Source: a virus (lineage: Duplodnaviria; Caudoviricetes). Taken from it: DNA of 32,915 nucleotides. Below the pieces are notes generated by a model that searched no databases, was not told the origin of the DNA, and was given only the letters and a program-made list of their open reading frames with translations. Below are positions 9,976-20,900 of this stretch, one piece after another (positions within the stretch are counted from its first letter, which is position 1; each line of letters opens with the position of its first letter). Location of the stretch: positions 1 to 32,915 of the IMG/VR virus record IMGVR_UViG_3300020045_011830; one strand, 5' to 3'. The translations under genes were made by a program, and so were the position numbers.

Positions 9976-10523
9976 TGCTATCCTATCGTCCAGGCGTGCT
10001 GATAGAGAATTTCTTTCCCGTGGATCAATACAATCTCCTTGAAAAGTGCTTTCCAAGTCGCGGGCTATCGGTTCCTGAGCTTTTAGAAGGCAAAGTATTT
10101 AAGCTGAGTGAGTCGTTCTCGCGTCAGTTCTCGGACTTCCTAAGGCATAACAAACCCTGGTCCGCGTTCTATCGCGCGGTGAAGAATGTCGCCCATGGAG
10201 AACAGTTTATATCTTACCTTGGGGTGAACGCGAAGACGGCTCGTGTCACGGTAGAATTTGTCTGGCTTCCAGCAGATGGGGGCTATCTCAATCAGCCGGA
10301 ATGGCCCGCGAACCGTGCCGCTACCCTATTCTTGTTCTTCCCCTCGGAGTACTGGAAACCCGAGTTTGGGGGTGAATTAGACGTTGATGGCGTGAGCTTC
10401 CCGTACCTTCCGAACCATGGCGTATTGATCGCGGGATGTCCGTATAGCATTCGCCCCTGTAAGGGTACGGAATACGTGTATCATCGTACATTGCAGGTAC
10501 ATTTCCTTGGGTCCACGCAGTGA
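9975..10523 (+). CDS. 2OG-Fe(II) oxygenase-fold protein, metal ligands apparently lost
   Basis: IENFF start, LFLFFP..WKPEFGGEL, PYLPN and C-terminal R; no HxD...H triad at the expected positions. Confidence 0.55.
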   Translation: MLSYRPGVLIENFFPVDQYNLLEKCFPSRGLSVPELLEGKVFKLSESFSRQFSDFLRHNKPWSAFYRAVKNVAHGEQFISYLGVNAKTARVTVEFVWLPADGGYLNQPEWPANRAATLFLFFPSEYWKPEFGGELDVDGVSFPYLPNHGVLIAGCPYSIRPCKGTEYVYHRTLQVHFLGSTQ

Positions 10524-10804
10524 GCAATATTTTCCCGCTACGGAAAGCGAAACGGGCACGTAGAACGGCTCTAGACGGGCTTTCGCGTCTTCATGAGCTG
10601 GGAGTAGACCCGCTTGAGGAATTGGTATCTTTGCTCGAACATCCGCGAACAACTATAGAAATGCGTGTACAAATCCTGAAAACTTTGATAAAATATGGAT
10701 ACCCTGGCCTTAAGAATATTGAGGTCAGCACGCCACGGACGCGAAGCAAGCTTGCAAAGCTAGAAGCGTCTGGATTTCAGGTTTCGTTAGATTTTGAGGA
10801 TTGA
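10520..10804 (+). CDS. Possible terminase small subunit-like protein
   Basis: LHELGVDPLEEL...MRVQILKTLIKYGYPGLKNIEV; GTGA-coupled start. Confidence 0.5.
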   Translation: MSNIFPLRKAKRARRTALDGLSRLHELGVDPLEELVSLLEHPRTTIEMRVQILKTLIKYGYPGLKNIEVSTPRTRSKLAKLEASGFQVSLDFED

Positions 10805-11028
10805 CGATGGAAGAGAAAAAGCTCCTGGAGACAGGTGACACACTGCGTATCGCTTTGCGGAATAGCGCGAGGGATGAGGCAGAGGTGTATTGGTATAAAG
10901 TAGGCTCTATCGGCAAGAGCTGGTTTACCCTAACCCCTGACGATGAGCACAATGAGGTCACTGTCGAAGTTTCTGTTCATGGACCATCCTCAAGCGCCGG
11001 AAGGCCAAGCCCTACGGCGCCTGAGTAA
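10801..11028 (+). CDS. Hypothetical protein
   Basis: 75 aa; coupled to upstream stop, GAGGA RBS before ATG 10807. Confidence 0.5.
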   Translation: MTMEEKKLLETGDTLRIALRNSARDEAEVYWYKVGSIGKSWFTLTPDDEHNEVTVEVSVHGPSSSAGRPSPTAPE

Positions 11029-11033
11029 TTGGC

Positions 11034-11522
11034 TTAATCTCCCGTTTCCGTATGCAGATAGCTCACAATGAATCTAAATGTATTCACTGTGGATATCTGC
11101 GTAGCACTTGCCAGCCAGTGGCCGAACAGTGTCGCGGATGCGGTCATCCTTCGACCGAGTGCCGGTGAAGGGATAACCCCTTGACCCGCCGTTACGCTCA
11201 CGCCTCCCGCGATACCGCCGGGCCGTGTCGTCTGCCCCGCCGTGGCGGTTCCCATCACGATATTTCCCGCCGTGAAAGCAAAACCGCCTTCGCCACAGTA
11301 CGACGCGAAAGTATCCGTGGACGTTAGTGCATCATTGGTTTTCGTGACTACGATATCCGTGAGTCGCGCACCCGGAGGAATTTTCAGAATGTTCAGCGAC
11401 ACGCTACCCGTATAGAGCGTCCCGAACGCATGTTGAACCACCACCGTGACCGGCGATTGATTCATCCCACCACCAAACGATGCCTGAGAGGTGAAGCTAC
11501 TTGCATTAAAATGACCGGCCAT
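11034..11522 (-). CDS. Putative capsid decoration / minor virion protein
   Basis: Immediately downstream of major capsid; G/T/A-rich beta protein with KIPPGARLTDI motif. Confidence 0.6.
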   Translation of the reverse strand: MAGHFNASSFTSQASFGGGMNQSPVTVVVQHAFGTLYTGSVSLNILKIPPGARLTDIVVTKTNDALTSTDTFASYCGEGGFAFTAGNIVMGTATAGQTTRPGGIAGGVSVTAGQGVIPSPALGRRMTASATLFGHWLASATQISTVNTFRFIVSYLHTETGD

Positions 11523-11523
11523 A

Positions 11524-12606
11524 TTACCTCCCGCTCGCGCCTTGTGCGGCTTCTGAATGCAGAGCGCCTACCGTAATGGTAGAGAGATCCGCGTTATTGA
11601 ATTGGAACTTTTTGCATCCCGCAATTAGTCCCAACGCTACTCCAAGTCGGTTCTTGTAGTCATCGAGTTCTTCCACCCAATCAAGAGAGGATGGCCCGTA
11701 GCCCTTACCGAAGGCGATGCCTGCCGCCTGAGCGCCCGCGAATACTGCCCGGCCTCGTGTGTTTCCGGTAAATGTTGGCAAGCGCCAAGATACCTTAATC
11801 AATGTGTTCTTATACACGCCCAAGGACCCTGTACTCATGCCGCTATTCTTGGTGTTGCCGCCTTGAATAACCGCACGCGTCAGGTCTGCCCACTCAAAGC
11901 TGGAAGCATTGGTTTGCAGGTCATAAGCCATTTCCGGGGTGATCCAGCAACAATATTGCGCCGCACCACCCATGATTTTGGATGGCCGTATCGCTGGTGT
12001 GAGGGTTTGCGCCTTGAGAACGCACTTATCGATAATGGATAAAGTGAAAATTTGCGAGCTGGTCGCCGTTAAGCTGGCTTCTCCATTCGCGTAGCTGCCC
12101 GCACTGCCCGCAATGACCAGGTGGTTCGCATCCGGGCTAACCGCCGTGTTTAATCCGGTGTAGGCCAGGTCTGTCTGGTCCACGTTGCCGGAGAGCTGGT
12201 TGAATACCCAATAGTCGAGCCGGTCAGAGATCCAATCCCGAAGACCCATCATAATTTCATTGCGAACGCCAAAGGGCACGCGCTGTTCCGTCACACGTCC
12301 AATGCTCTTTACCGCGTGGCGTATCTGGTCAATTAAGATATCATCCGTATACGTGGTTAGAGGTTCCTCTGTACCTTTCAGTACTGAGTCGCCTACCACG
12401 CCCCGCCCAGACAGTTGCATTCTCAGAATTGCGCGAACGCGATCACCTTCGTGTTTCTGCGTTTCGTTAAATATCTGGATGATACTGTCGGAGTCTTCGC
12501 CGATGAGGTCGCTAAAACTGGTCTCTTTGAGCGCTTCGTGCAGCGTCTTCCGAGACCAGAGTTTGACGGCTTCATTCGCGTTTACGCCGTATTCAGTGAA
12601 TGCCAT
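11524..12606 (-). CDS. Major capsid protein (N4-gp56 / DUF4043 family)
   Basis: AVKLWS, GDRV...LSGRGVVGD..LKGTEE, IDQIRHAV, GAQAAGIAFG, WVEELDDY; GAGG RBS. Confidence 0.9.
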   Translation of the reverse strand: MAFTEYGVNANEAVKLWSRKTLHEALKETSFSDLIGEDSDSIIQIFNETQKHEGDRVRAILRMQLSGRGVVGDSVLKGTEEPLTTYTDDILIDQIRHAVKSIGRVTEQRVPFGVRNEIMMGLRDWISDRLDYWVFNQLSGNVDQTDLAYTGLNTAVSPDANHLVIAGSAGSYANGEASLTATSSQIFTLSIIDKCVLKAQTLTPAIRPSKIMGGAAQYCCWITPEMAYDLQTNASSFEWADLTRAVIQGGNTKNSGMSTGSLGVYKNTLIKVSWRLPTFTGNTRGRAVFAGAQAAGIAFGKGYGPSSLDWVEELDDYKNRLGVALGLIAGCKKFQFNNADLSTITVGALHSEAAQGASGR

Positions 12607-12688
12607 AGTATTTCCTCATAAAAAGAGTGACATCCACGAAACAGGATAATACTATAATAGCATCCTTGCGGGGCTTGTGGGAACTCCT

Positions 12689-13600
12689 TTAACGAAGTTG
12701 GTTCTTTCTATCGGCCTTTTTGCCTTCGCTTTCATATTGTTTCCAAAATGTCTCGAATTCATCGGCGCTCGCATTCAGCATATCGATATCAAACTCCTTC
12801 GAGTTAGAGCCGGTGCCGGATACACTGCCTGATGCCGCGCGTTTTTCCTCGATAGAGATTCCTTGCTTCGCGGGCTTCGCTGCCTGTCCTGTCCATCCTG
12901 ACCATTTCGCCAGTTCTACAACATACTCGCCAACGGGCTTTTTGTATGCACGCGCAACCGTCGCTATCCTTACGCTGTCCTCATACATGAGCTGACCCCA
13001 CTGATCCTGTGGGATACCCATATAATCCAGTTCCTTCTGGCGGTTCGTCAGGAGGTACTCGACTGCCTGGTCATAGTCTGGTCGCGTCTTCCGGTACTCC
13101 TGTAACTCGCTCTTTACCTCGGTCTCAAAGGACACCATCTTTTCAGACTGTTCTCGTAGTTCGCGCTGTTCCCGCGTCTCCCGTTCCCGAGTTTGCTTGA
13201 CGCTCCCGATTTCCTCCCGCAGTTCCCGTAAGTTCTTACGTAGATACTTCAACGGGTCTTGATCGAAAAGGGTTTCGTCATCTTCAAGCGCCGGAGGGCT
13301 TATGGCTTCTGGCTTCGCCTCAAGAACGCGCTGTTCACGAAGTGCCTTGATTTCTTCATGGAGGTTGCTGAATCGGCTTACCGTGCCGCGCAGTTCCTCA
13401 AGCTGTGCCTTGAGTGCCGCTTTCTCTGGATCGTCCGGGGTCTCCCTGGTCTCAGCCAGTTGCGTCGGGCCTGTCGCAATGATAGCAGAAGCGTCGGTGT
13501 GCTCACTGCCTTTTGTTACGGTATCAATCGGTTCGGGGGTAACTGGCTCGATATTTTCATCCACATCGACCGTCCACCACGGGGCTTGTTTCTCTGTCAT
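12689..13600 (-). CDS. Capsid scaffolding protein
   Basis: Acidic coiled-coil with DPLKY and PDYDQAV motifs, directly upstream of the capsid gene; GGAG RBS. Confidence 0.75.
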   Translation of the reverse strand: MTEKQAPWWTVDVDENIEPVTPEPIDTVTKGSEHTDASAIIATGPTQLAETRETPDDPEKAALKAQLEELRGTVSRFSNLHEEIKALREQRVLEAKPEAISPPALEDDETLFDQDPLKYLRKNLRELREEIGSVKQTRERETREQRELREQSEKMVSFETEVKSELQEYRKTRPDYDQAVEYLLTNRQKELDYMGIPQDQWGQLMYEDSVRIATVARAYKKPVGEYVVELAKWSGWTGQAAKPAKQGISIEEKRAASGSVSGTGSNSKEFDIDMLNASADEFETFWKQYESEGKKADRKNQLR

Positions 13601-13627
13601 GATTTCAACTCCAATTTCATAAATATA

Positions 13628-14245
13628 TCACTCGTTCCAACCCTGTCCATAAAAGTAAGTAGTATCTTTGACCGCCTTCAAACAATACTCAAACGCTTCC
13701 GCGTATCCCTCGATTAATGGTGCTTTATCAAGACCATTGATGATGCGCCGGGCCTGGTAATAGTCGCATTTCTGCCCGGAAATGAACTGTGATAGGCGTG
13801 CGCCAGTGAAGAGGCCGTGTCGCATTCCATGGGACATGATCCAATAGGCATTGTCGGGCTGGAGGGCCTCGTCGGGATTGGCCCCCAAAGGCAAGCCCAG
13901 GGCGTTTCCCATCACCCGGTAGTTCCGTTTCCAGGTGAGCTGCACATACCCTCGGCCATAGTATTTGCGTCCTTGACTGTCGGCCACGCCATAAGATTTT
14001 CCCTTACCGCGTCCGATTTCCTCGATAGGGTGCCAGGTGTTCGCGCATTCGTGCTTGACTGTGGCGAGCATATACGCTGCCCATCGCGCGTCGGTCAAAT
14101 GGGGGTCAATCTCGAAGAACGTTAGCAATTCATTCAGGCCATCTACCTGTGGCTGCGACAGCGGTCCGAACTCATCGCGAAATCGGGTAAAAAAGCGATC
14201 TCGGTCAATGGACAGGGAACGAATTTCCGGTAGGGTCATAATCAA
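13628..14245 (-). CDS. GH19 (chitinase-like) endolysin
   Basis: AYMLATVKHE, YYGRGYVQLTWKRNY, ARRIINGLD. Confidence 0.9.
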   Translation of the reverse strand: MIMTLPEIRSLSIDRDRFFTRFRDEFGPLSQPQVDGLNELLTFFEIDPHLTDARWAAYMLATVKHECANTWHPIEEIGRGKGKSYGVADSQGRKYYGRGYVQLTWKRNYRVMGNALGLPLGANPDEALQPDNAYWIMSHGMRHGLFTGARLSQFISGQKCDYYQARRIINGLDKAPLIEGYAEAFEYCLKAVKDTTYFYGQGWNE

Positions 14246-16065
14246 CTCAATAGACTATTCAACGCCTCGTAGGGCTTGGTTTGCGCCTCGACTTTCGTCT
14301 TTTCGGCTTCCGCCTCGGTTTTCGCCACGGTTGCCTCCGCGCCGCGTTTCTGCAAGGCTTCCATCTCCTGTTGGGCTTTCTGCGCTTCTGGGGTAGGTTG
14401 CATCGCCTCGAATTTCTCCTTCAACTTCTGGATCAAGCCTTCCGGGATCGGCATATAGTCCAGCGTATCCGGCAAGATATTAATACCCATTCCGAGCAGG
14501 GGTTCCATAAAGGACTGCAAGAAGACTAACACTTGTTCCTTTACATTGTGACTGCGCGGGGCTTCGTCAACAAACGTGTCATATTTTGCGACACCCGGTT
14601 CAAAGATGAGCTTTTCATATTGCCCGAGTCCTTTTTCACCCAGCACGCGAACTAATCGACCGTCATTCATAAACTTGATGATGTATTCCTGGCAAATGCG
14701 CGCGCGATCCAGCGTATGCAGCGACAGGGCATCAAACGCCGGTGCGAGGATCGCAAAAGCACTCTGCTTGCGTTGTGCCTCCAGTACCCCTGCTTGCTGC
14801 CGGTCCGCCAATCCCAGCATTTCCAGGTTCACGCCGGAGATTTCCGGGATGATCCCCAGGCACAGTTGCAGTATCCGGTCGAGTCCTACGGGGTAATCTC
14901 CCATGGCCCGCTCCTGCACTTTCCCTAAGCCGCCTTCGCGTAGCCACAGAATTCCGCCGGGTTTCGCAAAGTCTCGCTCGAAACGTTCCGGGTCTTTGGT
15001 CGCGCCACTCTCCACATACGCTCCACCTTTCCGAGATATCGTCAGCATGTCCTGGATATCGCTGATAAATTTATTCGCCCACCGTTGCGGATCTTTCATC
15101 TGTCGCATGATCCCGTAGAACGTGCCGTCGTTTTCGTCCCGCTTCCAGGTCATCGCGTTCAACGTGAACATATTCACTGGTAGCGCATGTTCCTCGATAA
15201 TGTGGTTCCCCACCGAAAACACCTGATAGAACTTCTTTATCTTCCGGGGCAGGTAAGGGATATTGGACTCAAATAGATTGATGCGTGCCGCGTCCTCCCG
15301 TGAGAGCGCCGTTTCTTGGCCCGACTCCGGGTCAACGATCACGTATTCAACAACCATTTTCCAGTACTGCGTTTGCATCACCTGCACGCTGTCCTTACGC
15401 CGGTCATACACCATGCGATAGGAGTTGATGCCGTAATCATCCCGAGGATGTGTCACTATCGCGATAGGCAACGATTCATCCGGTAGGGCTTTTATCTGAA
15501 TGTTCTTTATCTTCGGCCACTGCTCTACGGCGTCCTCGTAGTCCAGCCAGTTCCATGTTTGCCGATAGCGCGAATCCGCCAGGTTCCGCCGCACGGAACG
15601 TAAATCGTAAGTGAATTCCAGCGGGCTTATTCTTTCCGCCGTGATCAGCCGCCCTTTGGGGTCGCTGTCGTAATCCATCCGGGTATTCGTCACCCCGATC
15701 CCGGCTAACAACATATCCATAAAGGCGTCAGAAACTTCAAACTGCCCGTTGCATTTGCGTTCCTCCCACATATACGCGCCATTCATAAGGGCATTGGTTT
15801 TGATATCCCCTTCCTCGACCGGCGCGTAGGTCACTTCTTGCCTGTTATTGACCTGGTTTCCCGCGATAGAATCAAGTGTCGGCGATATCTTATTGAGGGT
15901 GATCTTATGTCGGCCCACATTCGTGAGATAGCTTTCCTCATCACCTGTACGCTGCTTTGAGGCGTAGAAGTCATAGCTTGCGCGCACTTCCTCCCGCCAG
16001 TCCTTTGTATATTGGATCGCGTCTTTAAACCACTTCCAGACCGTATCGCCGGTAACTTCTTTCAT
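14242..16065 (-). CDS. Portal protein (P22-like)
   Basis: 607 aa; DFYAS, LNKISP, YGIMRQMKDPQRWANK, ISGVN, RKQ motifs. Confidence 0.9.
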   Translation of the reverse strand: MKEVTGDTVWKWFKDAIQYTKDWREEVRASYDFYASKQRTGDEESYLTNVGRHKITLNKISPTLDSIAGNQVNNRQEVTYAPVEEGDIKTNALMNGAYMWEERKCNGQFEVSDAFMDMLLAGIGVTNTRMDYDSDPKGRLITAERISPLEFTYDLRSVRRNLADSRYRQTWNWLDYEDAVEQWPKIKNIQIKALPDESLPIAIVTHPRDDYGINSYRMVYDRRKDSVQVMQTQYWKMVVEYVIVDPESGQETALSREDAARINLFESNIPYLPRKIKKFYQVFSVGNHIIEEHALPVNMFTLNAMTWKRDENDGTFYGIMRQMKDPQRWANKFISDIQDMLTISRKGGAYVESGATKDPERFERDFAKPGGILWLREGGLGKVQERAMGDYPVGLDRILQLCLGIIPEISGVNLEMLGLADRQQAGVLEAQRKQSAFAILAPAFDALSLHTLDRARICQEYIIKFMNDGRLVRVLGEKGLGQYEKLIFEPGVAKYDTFVDEAPRSHNVKEQVLVFLQSFMEPLLGMGINILPDTLDYMPIPEGLIQKLKEKFEAMQPTPEAQKAQQEMEALQKRGAEATVAKTEAEAEKTKVEAQTKPYEALNSLLS

Positions 16066-16082
16066 TGTCGCGCCTTAATAAG

Positions 16083-16111
16083 TTGACAACTATCAATAAT
16101 GTGGGTAGTAT
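16083..16111 (+). promoter_or_regulatory. Sigma70-like promoter for 16136-16504
   Basis: TTGACA-N17-TAGTAT; carries the TTGACAACT motif; GAGGA RBS downstream. Confidence 0.55.
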
Positions 16112-16135
16112 ACCTTATTTTAAGAGGATAATACT

Positions 16136-16504
16136 ATGTCAAGAGTTTTTAATCCCGAAGGACTCACAGAGAAACGCGGCAAGCTTCAATGGACAGGTAA
16201 TTTCATTCTAATAAAGGAAAAGGACAAATCATCAAAAACAGGGATGATGAATCGAAATTTCCTGGAAGTCCTCTGCGATTGTGGGCATGTCTACCCCTAT
16301 AAGGCCGAAAACTTCAAGCTGTCCAAAGGCCGTCACTGCCCGCAATGCAAACCTGAATCAAAAGGCACTTTCACCCGCTCCTATTCTTCTAAATTAAACT
16401 GGGAACAGTCAGATAGGCCAATCCTGGAGCAATGCAAGCTTGCACGCGAACTAACGAGCCACTGGCCGCTGCGAGGCCACCCCCCCCTTTATAGGAGCGC
16501 TTAA
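16136..16504 (+). CDS. Zn-ribbon protein (CDCG...CPQC)
   Basis: Own promoter and RBS; CxCG/CxxC motif like the N-terminus of phage HNH/AP2-type proteins, no nuclease domain seen. Confidence 0.65.
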   Translation: MSRVFNPEGLTEKRGKLQWTGNFILIKEKDKSSKTGMMNRNFLEVLCDCGHVYPYKAENFKLSKGRHCPQCKPESKGTFTRSYSSKLNWEQSDRPILEQCKLARELTSHWPLRGHPPLYRSA

Positions 16505-17919
16505 AGTGTCCAATCCGATACTTGATCTTCCTTCCCTTTCGGCTTCCGAGAACGCCTTACATTTTGCACAGCAAACGTAGCCACAAAGCTATCTCCCGCA
16601 TCCGGTGACCTGTGGAGTCTTGCCAGCAGGTCATCTTTCCCTTCTATCTTTAACCTACCCTGGCTATCGTACTTCCCTTTTATCACGCTCAGGTCTGCAA
16701 TTAGCGCGGGATCATCTGGCATACTTACTGTACGCGAATCGAACCACTCGAATGCTTCTTTATAAAGATAATCCCGGAGCTTGAGGCAATCCGGGGTGTA
16801 GGAACTTTCTGACACGTTCATGGCCAGGACCGTGCATTTATGGCCCAGGTGTTCGTCCAGGATATCCGCCACCCCGGCGCCGATGCCAATCGCATCCACT
16901 ACGATGTAGGAAGGGCGTTGATGGGATTCCGTATCCTTGAACTGCTTCACCACCCAGCCTGCCACCTCGGTCACAGAGCGCTTGTAGAGTAGTTGGACTG
17001 GCTGGATCAGATGGTTACCCTGGCGTCGGGATAGCGCACTGGCGCACTTCCCGTATCGTGCCGGGTCTACCCCCCAGATGGGCTGTACGTTTATTCGATC
17101 CACGCCGCGATCCACGGCGGCCTCTATGAGGTGAAGCGGGATATACGCATCATCGTTGCCCTGCGCGAAGTCGCCCTGGACACGAACGCGATAGATGTCG
17201 GAATCCTCGCCATACTGCCGGATGATACGCGCGATGTACTCCCGGCTACAGCGTGTCACCTGCTCGCCGTTGACCTGCTTGATGAAGAAGTCTTTGCGAT
17301 TTTTGCCGAACGCATCCCGGAAATAGCCATCCGTGCGCGTGGGGTTTCCGGTCAGAATGAAATAGCTGTCTTCCGTGGAAAGGCTTCCCTGGCCCGTCTC
17401 GAAGATAATGTCGTCGATTCCCGACGCCTCATCACAGATGAACAGCATGTTGTTGGCGTGGAATCCCTGGAGTGCTTCCGGTCGCTCCTTCTTTGCCGTG
17501 CGTGCCACCGCAAAGGAGTTCCTTGGATCGTCCTTGAGCCTGACATACCCCCCCAGGATATCGAGCCGGTCTTTTAGCCATCCTGGCATCGTGCGCCACC
17601 ACTTGCTAATTTCCGAGAACAGCACGTCCTGAAGTTGTGATTCCGTGTTTGCCGTGCAAGGGATTTTAAAGTTGACACGGGTAGAAGCGAACCACAACAA
17701 AAGCCAACTTAACAGCGTAGTCTTACCTACCCCATGCCCTGAGCGTATGGCCACCCACCGCTGCCCCTTGGCCATGGCGTCCATTACGTCAAACTGCCAG
17801 TTATCCTGCGGCAGCGCGGGGGTTGGATCGGGTTTCAATCCCCAGCAGTACTCCACGAAGACCAGGGGGTTATCCCTGGCCATCTGGAGGAAGCGCAGTT
17901 TGTCGTCAGTGAGTTTCAA
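16501..17919 (-). CDS. terL: Terminase large subunit
   Basis: RSGHGVGKT Walker A, FICDEASG Walker B, LTGNP, GVDPARYG, SPDAGDS nuclease motifs. Confidence 0.95.
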   Translation of the reverse strand: MKLTDDKLRFLQMARDNPLVFVEYCWGLKPDPTPALPQDNWQFDVMDAMAKGQRWVAIRSGHGVGKTTLLSWLLLWFASTRVNFKIPCTANTESQLQDVLFSEISKWWRTMPGWLKDRLDILGGYVRLKDDPRNSFAVARTAKKERPEALQGFHANNMLFICDEASGIDDIIFETGQGSLSTEDSYFILTGNPTRTDGYFRDAFGKNRKDFFIKQVNGEQVTRCSREYIARIIRQYGEDSDIYRVRVQGDFAQGNDDAYIPLHLIEAAVDRGVDRINVQPIWGVDPARYGKCASALSRRQGNHLIQPVQLLYKRSVTEVAGWVVKQFKDTESHQRPSYIVVDAIGIGAGVADILDEHLGHKCTVLAMNVSESSYTPDCLKLRDYLYKEAFEWFDSRTVSMPDDPALIADLSVIKGKYDSQGRLKIEGKDDLLARLHRSPDAGDSFVATFAVQNVRRSRKPKGKEDQVSDWTL

Positions 17920-20900
17920 TGTTGCCCCGCCTTCTTTAAGACAATCTTTAATATCCTCCCATGACTCGCCACAAAGTCCCGGCGTGCGTTGGCATGGGCT
18001 TTCTGTACCGTTTTCTCAATCAAAGCTTTCTTTTGATCATCATCCGCCGCGCGATACTGGCCGGTGCTCATCAGATTCCGGGTCATCGCCATGGTCATCA
18101 AGCCCGCGCGCTCTATCAACTGGTTGTGTTCTTCCGGTGTAAGCTCATACAGCGACGTCTTGCGCTTAGGCTGCCGCACCCCCACGCCAAGCCGGTTCAT
18201 TTCCTCCAGTGCCTTGTCACCGCGATCCACGGAAACCGCCACAGGTACAAACGCACTCCCGCCGGTCTCGATATCCTGTCCCGTGATGTCCTTACGTGCT
18301 AGCAGCGTGCTCTTTAGCCCCGGTATCCGGGCCTTCACCCCGTCGAAAATGCCGTCCATGCGCCGGTACATGGGGTCCGTTTCTTTTGCCACGGCCCCTA
18401 GCAATCCTCCCCACGGCACGAAGGACGAGATAAAGCGCTGCGCCCACCCCTTGGCATATCTGTCTGGATCGGAGAACGCATTGCTCGCACCTGTCAGCCC
18501 TTGAAGCCAGAGTTTGCTTTGCAGCATCTTTGCCGTGGCCTTAAAGAACAGCAACACGGATTCCACCGCTTCTCTATCCTCCATCTTGTCAATCATCTGC
18601 GCAATTTCCGCACCGTAGCTAAACCAGGTCCCTACGGGGTCTAAGCGGTTGAACTGGACCCAGGTATCCCCTAGCTTAATCGCATTAGGAACACGGCCCG
18701 TGGAAAACCACACGTTGCGCTCTCCCTCGTCATCCGGGGGGCTCCCTGTCGCCAGCCCCGCCGCGCCCAGCATGAACGCGAACCCCACCAACCCCGTCCC
18801 CAGGAGGATACGCCCCGCCACGACATCCCGTGTAGCCCCGCCTACTTTCCATTCCTCCCACACGGAAGGCATAAGCAACGCGGTAGGCAGAAAGCCCCTG
18901 AACCCATACCCGATGATGTTGCTCGATACAGACAAGAAGGGCGTCAGCAGCCACAACGGCTTGAACTTGTTGGCCGCCGTTCGCCATGCGCCCGCCAGAG
19001 GCCCTATCTTCCCTTGCATCAACTGCCGATCCACTTGCTTGATCGCGTCGTCTTCTATTGCCTGTCGCATCTCCGCATTCCCTACTACCTGCTCTCGCGT
19101 CAAGCCAGTGGCGCTGGCCTTCCGCGCTAGCAAGGCTTCATATTCCTTCGAGAATACGATGCTCTTAAAGAAAGCGTCCTCCGCGCCCAGGAACCGAAAG
19201 CTCACACCAATCGCCGCGCCTAACGGGCCTTTGATCGGACGTCCGCGTTGCTGCCATTTGGTGGTGAACTGCGCACTCATTCCTTCCAGCACGGGAATGG
19301 CCTGTCCATCCGAGATAAAGGATTCGCCAAATGCCGCCAGGCCCTTTGGAACACCCTGGATGTAGCCGTTGAAATGCGCCGACAGCTCCGCCGCCGTGAC
19401 CTTCTCGCCACCGTGCAGAACACCTATTCCCGCCGCTAATATCTTGCTCGCATCCTCGACAGCCTGGACCAGGGCGTTTCCACCAATGTTTGCCAGGTGA
19501 CTCGCCGGGCCGCTGGTCATCCACGAACGCCAGGCATAGAAGAACTTCTCCCAGTTCGTCGCCGCATGGATGTCGCTATTAGCCTGTAGGGCCTTTCCTA
19601 TCCCTTTCGCCTTGCCCTCGACTTCACGAGAATACTTGGCCTCGGACATCTGTACCGCAAGCGCCTTCATCTTCGACCGGGCCAGCTCGACATCTTCATC
19701 AAGCCCCATCGTCAGTTCCAATGCCCCTAGCTTCCCTATCGTGGCCTGGAGCTTTCGGAATATCTGTAGCGCCCTCCCAGCCTCCGCTCGTGCTCCGAAG
19801 AACTGCGCCTTCAAGGACATCAGGGCCAGGCTTCGCTCATACGCATCCGAGTAATCCTCATCCGTGACCTGTCCTGCCTTCACTCGCTTGTCGAAGGCCT
19901 CGAAGTAGTCCATGTTCGCGGTAACTTCCCGTTCCATGATGTTCGCGAAGGCCTGTAAATTCTCACTGTTGTACGCCTCGCCCAGGCTCCGTTGCAGATA
20001 CTTATCCAACTGCATCGGGTCTTCGTTCAGCATGGCAGCCAGTTGTTCTGTCTGCCCCCAGGTCTGCACCCCGCGTCGCGTCACGGTTTCAACGGGTCGT
20101 CGGATGTCCGCCTCGATGGGCTGCGCCACGTTGATAGGCACACCCAGCGCCTTTTGCTTCTTCTCCGCCACCGCACGTACCGCATCCGATACCGCGGTGC
20201 GTTTCGGCATGTCCGTAACGATAAGCGGGGCTTTGCCCCCCGTCTGTAATTGCGCATGAGAGCGCTGAAGGAGATCGTACACGTCCGCGTCGGTCCAGCG
20301 ACGGAGAAGAGACGAAAAGCCATTGCTACGTAGCCAGTTCCGCACGCGCGCGGTGACCTTCTTAAAGAAGCCGGTGTTGTTGATAGCATCCCAGGTCAGG
20401 TTAGCCAGGGCTTCCTCGGTCGACAGAGAGACACTGTAGCCATACCTGACGCGCAGGGCGTCGGCTTGTGCCCGGAGGGACTCGTTGCCCGCGTAAATCC
20501 CAATCATCGTCTGGTGCATCTGGCTACCCATGATCCGCGATAACCCGTAATGGCCCACGACCTCGTGCAGCAGTACCCGCTGGACCTCTTCCGCCGTGCT
20601 CACGCGATCATGAAAGATGTACGCCACGCCCTGGTCAAACACCCCCTTGGCATCCCCAGGAACCCCGGCGGGCGCTGGGATAATCTGGATGGACGGCGCG
20701 CCTGGCCAGCCCTTCACAATAGGTTCTATCGCTTGCTTTGCGAATTCCGCCGTGACGCCGGTGCCGGGCTTTCCACGGGAGTATGCCGGGGCCTGTGAAA
20801 TGAGCTTATTGATATCTTCGTTCAAGCCCGTGATAAGTTGCCGTGTGGCTTCTTTCAGTGCCGTGTTTTCGTCCGTGCCCTCGGCGGCCAACCGGGCCTG

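Noticed and set aside
401-20798. Many antisense ORFs overlapping hub, GT, capsid, portal, terminase and polyvalent genes
   Set aside because: Shadow frames of well-supported genes, with no recognisable motifs
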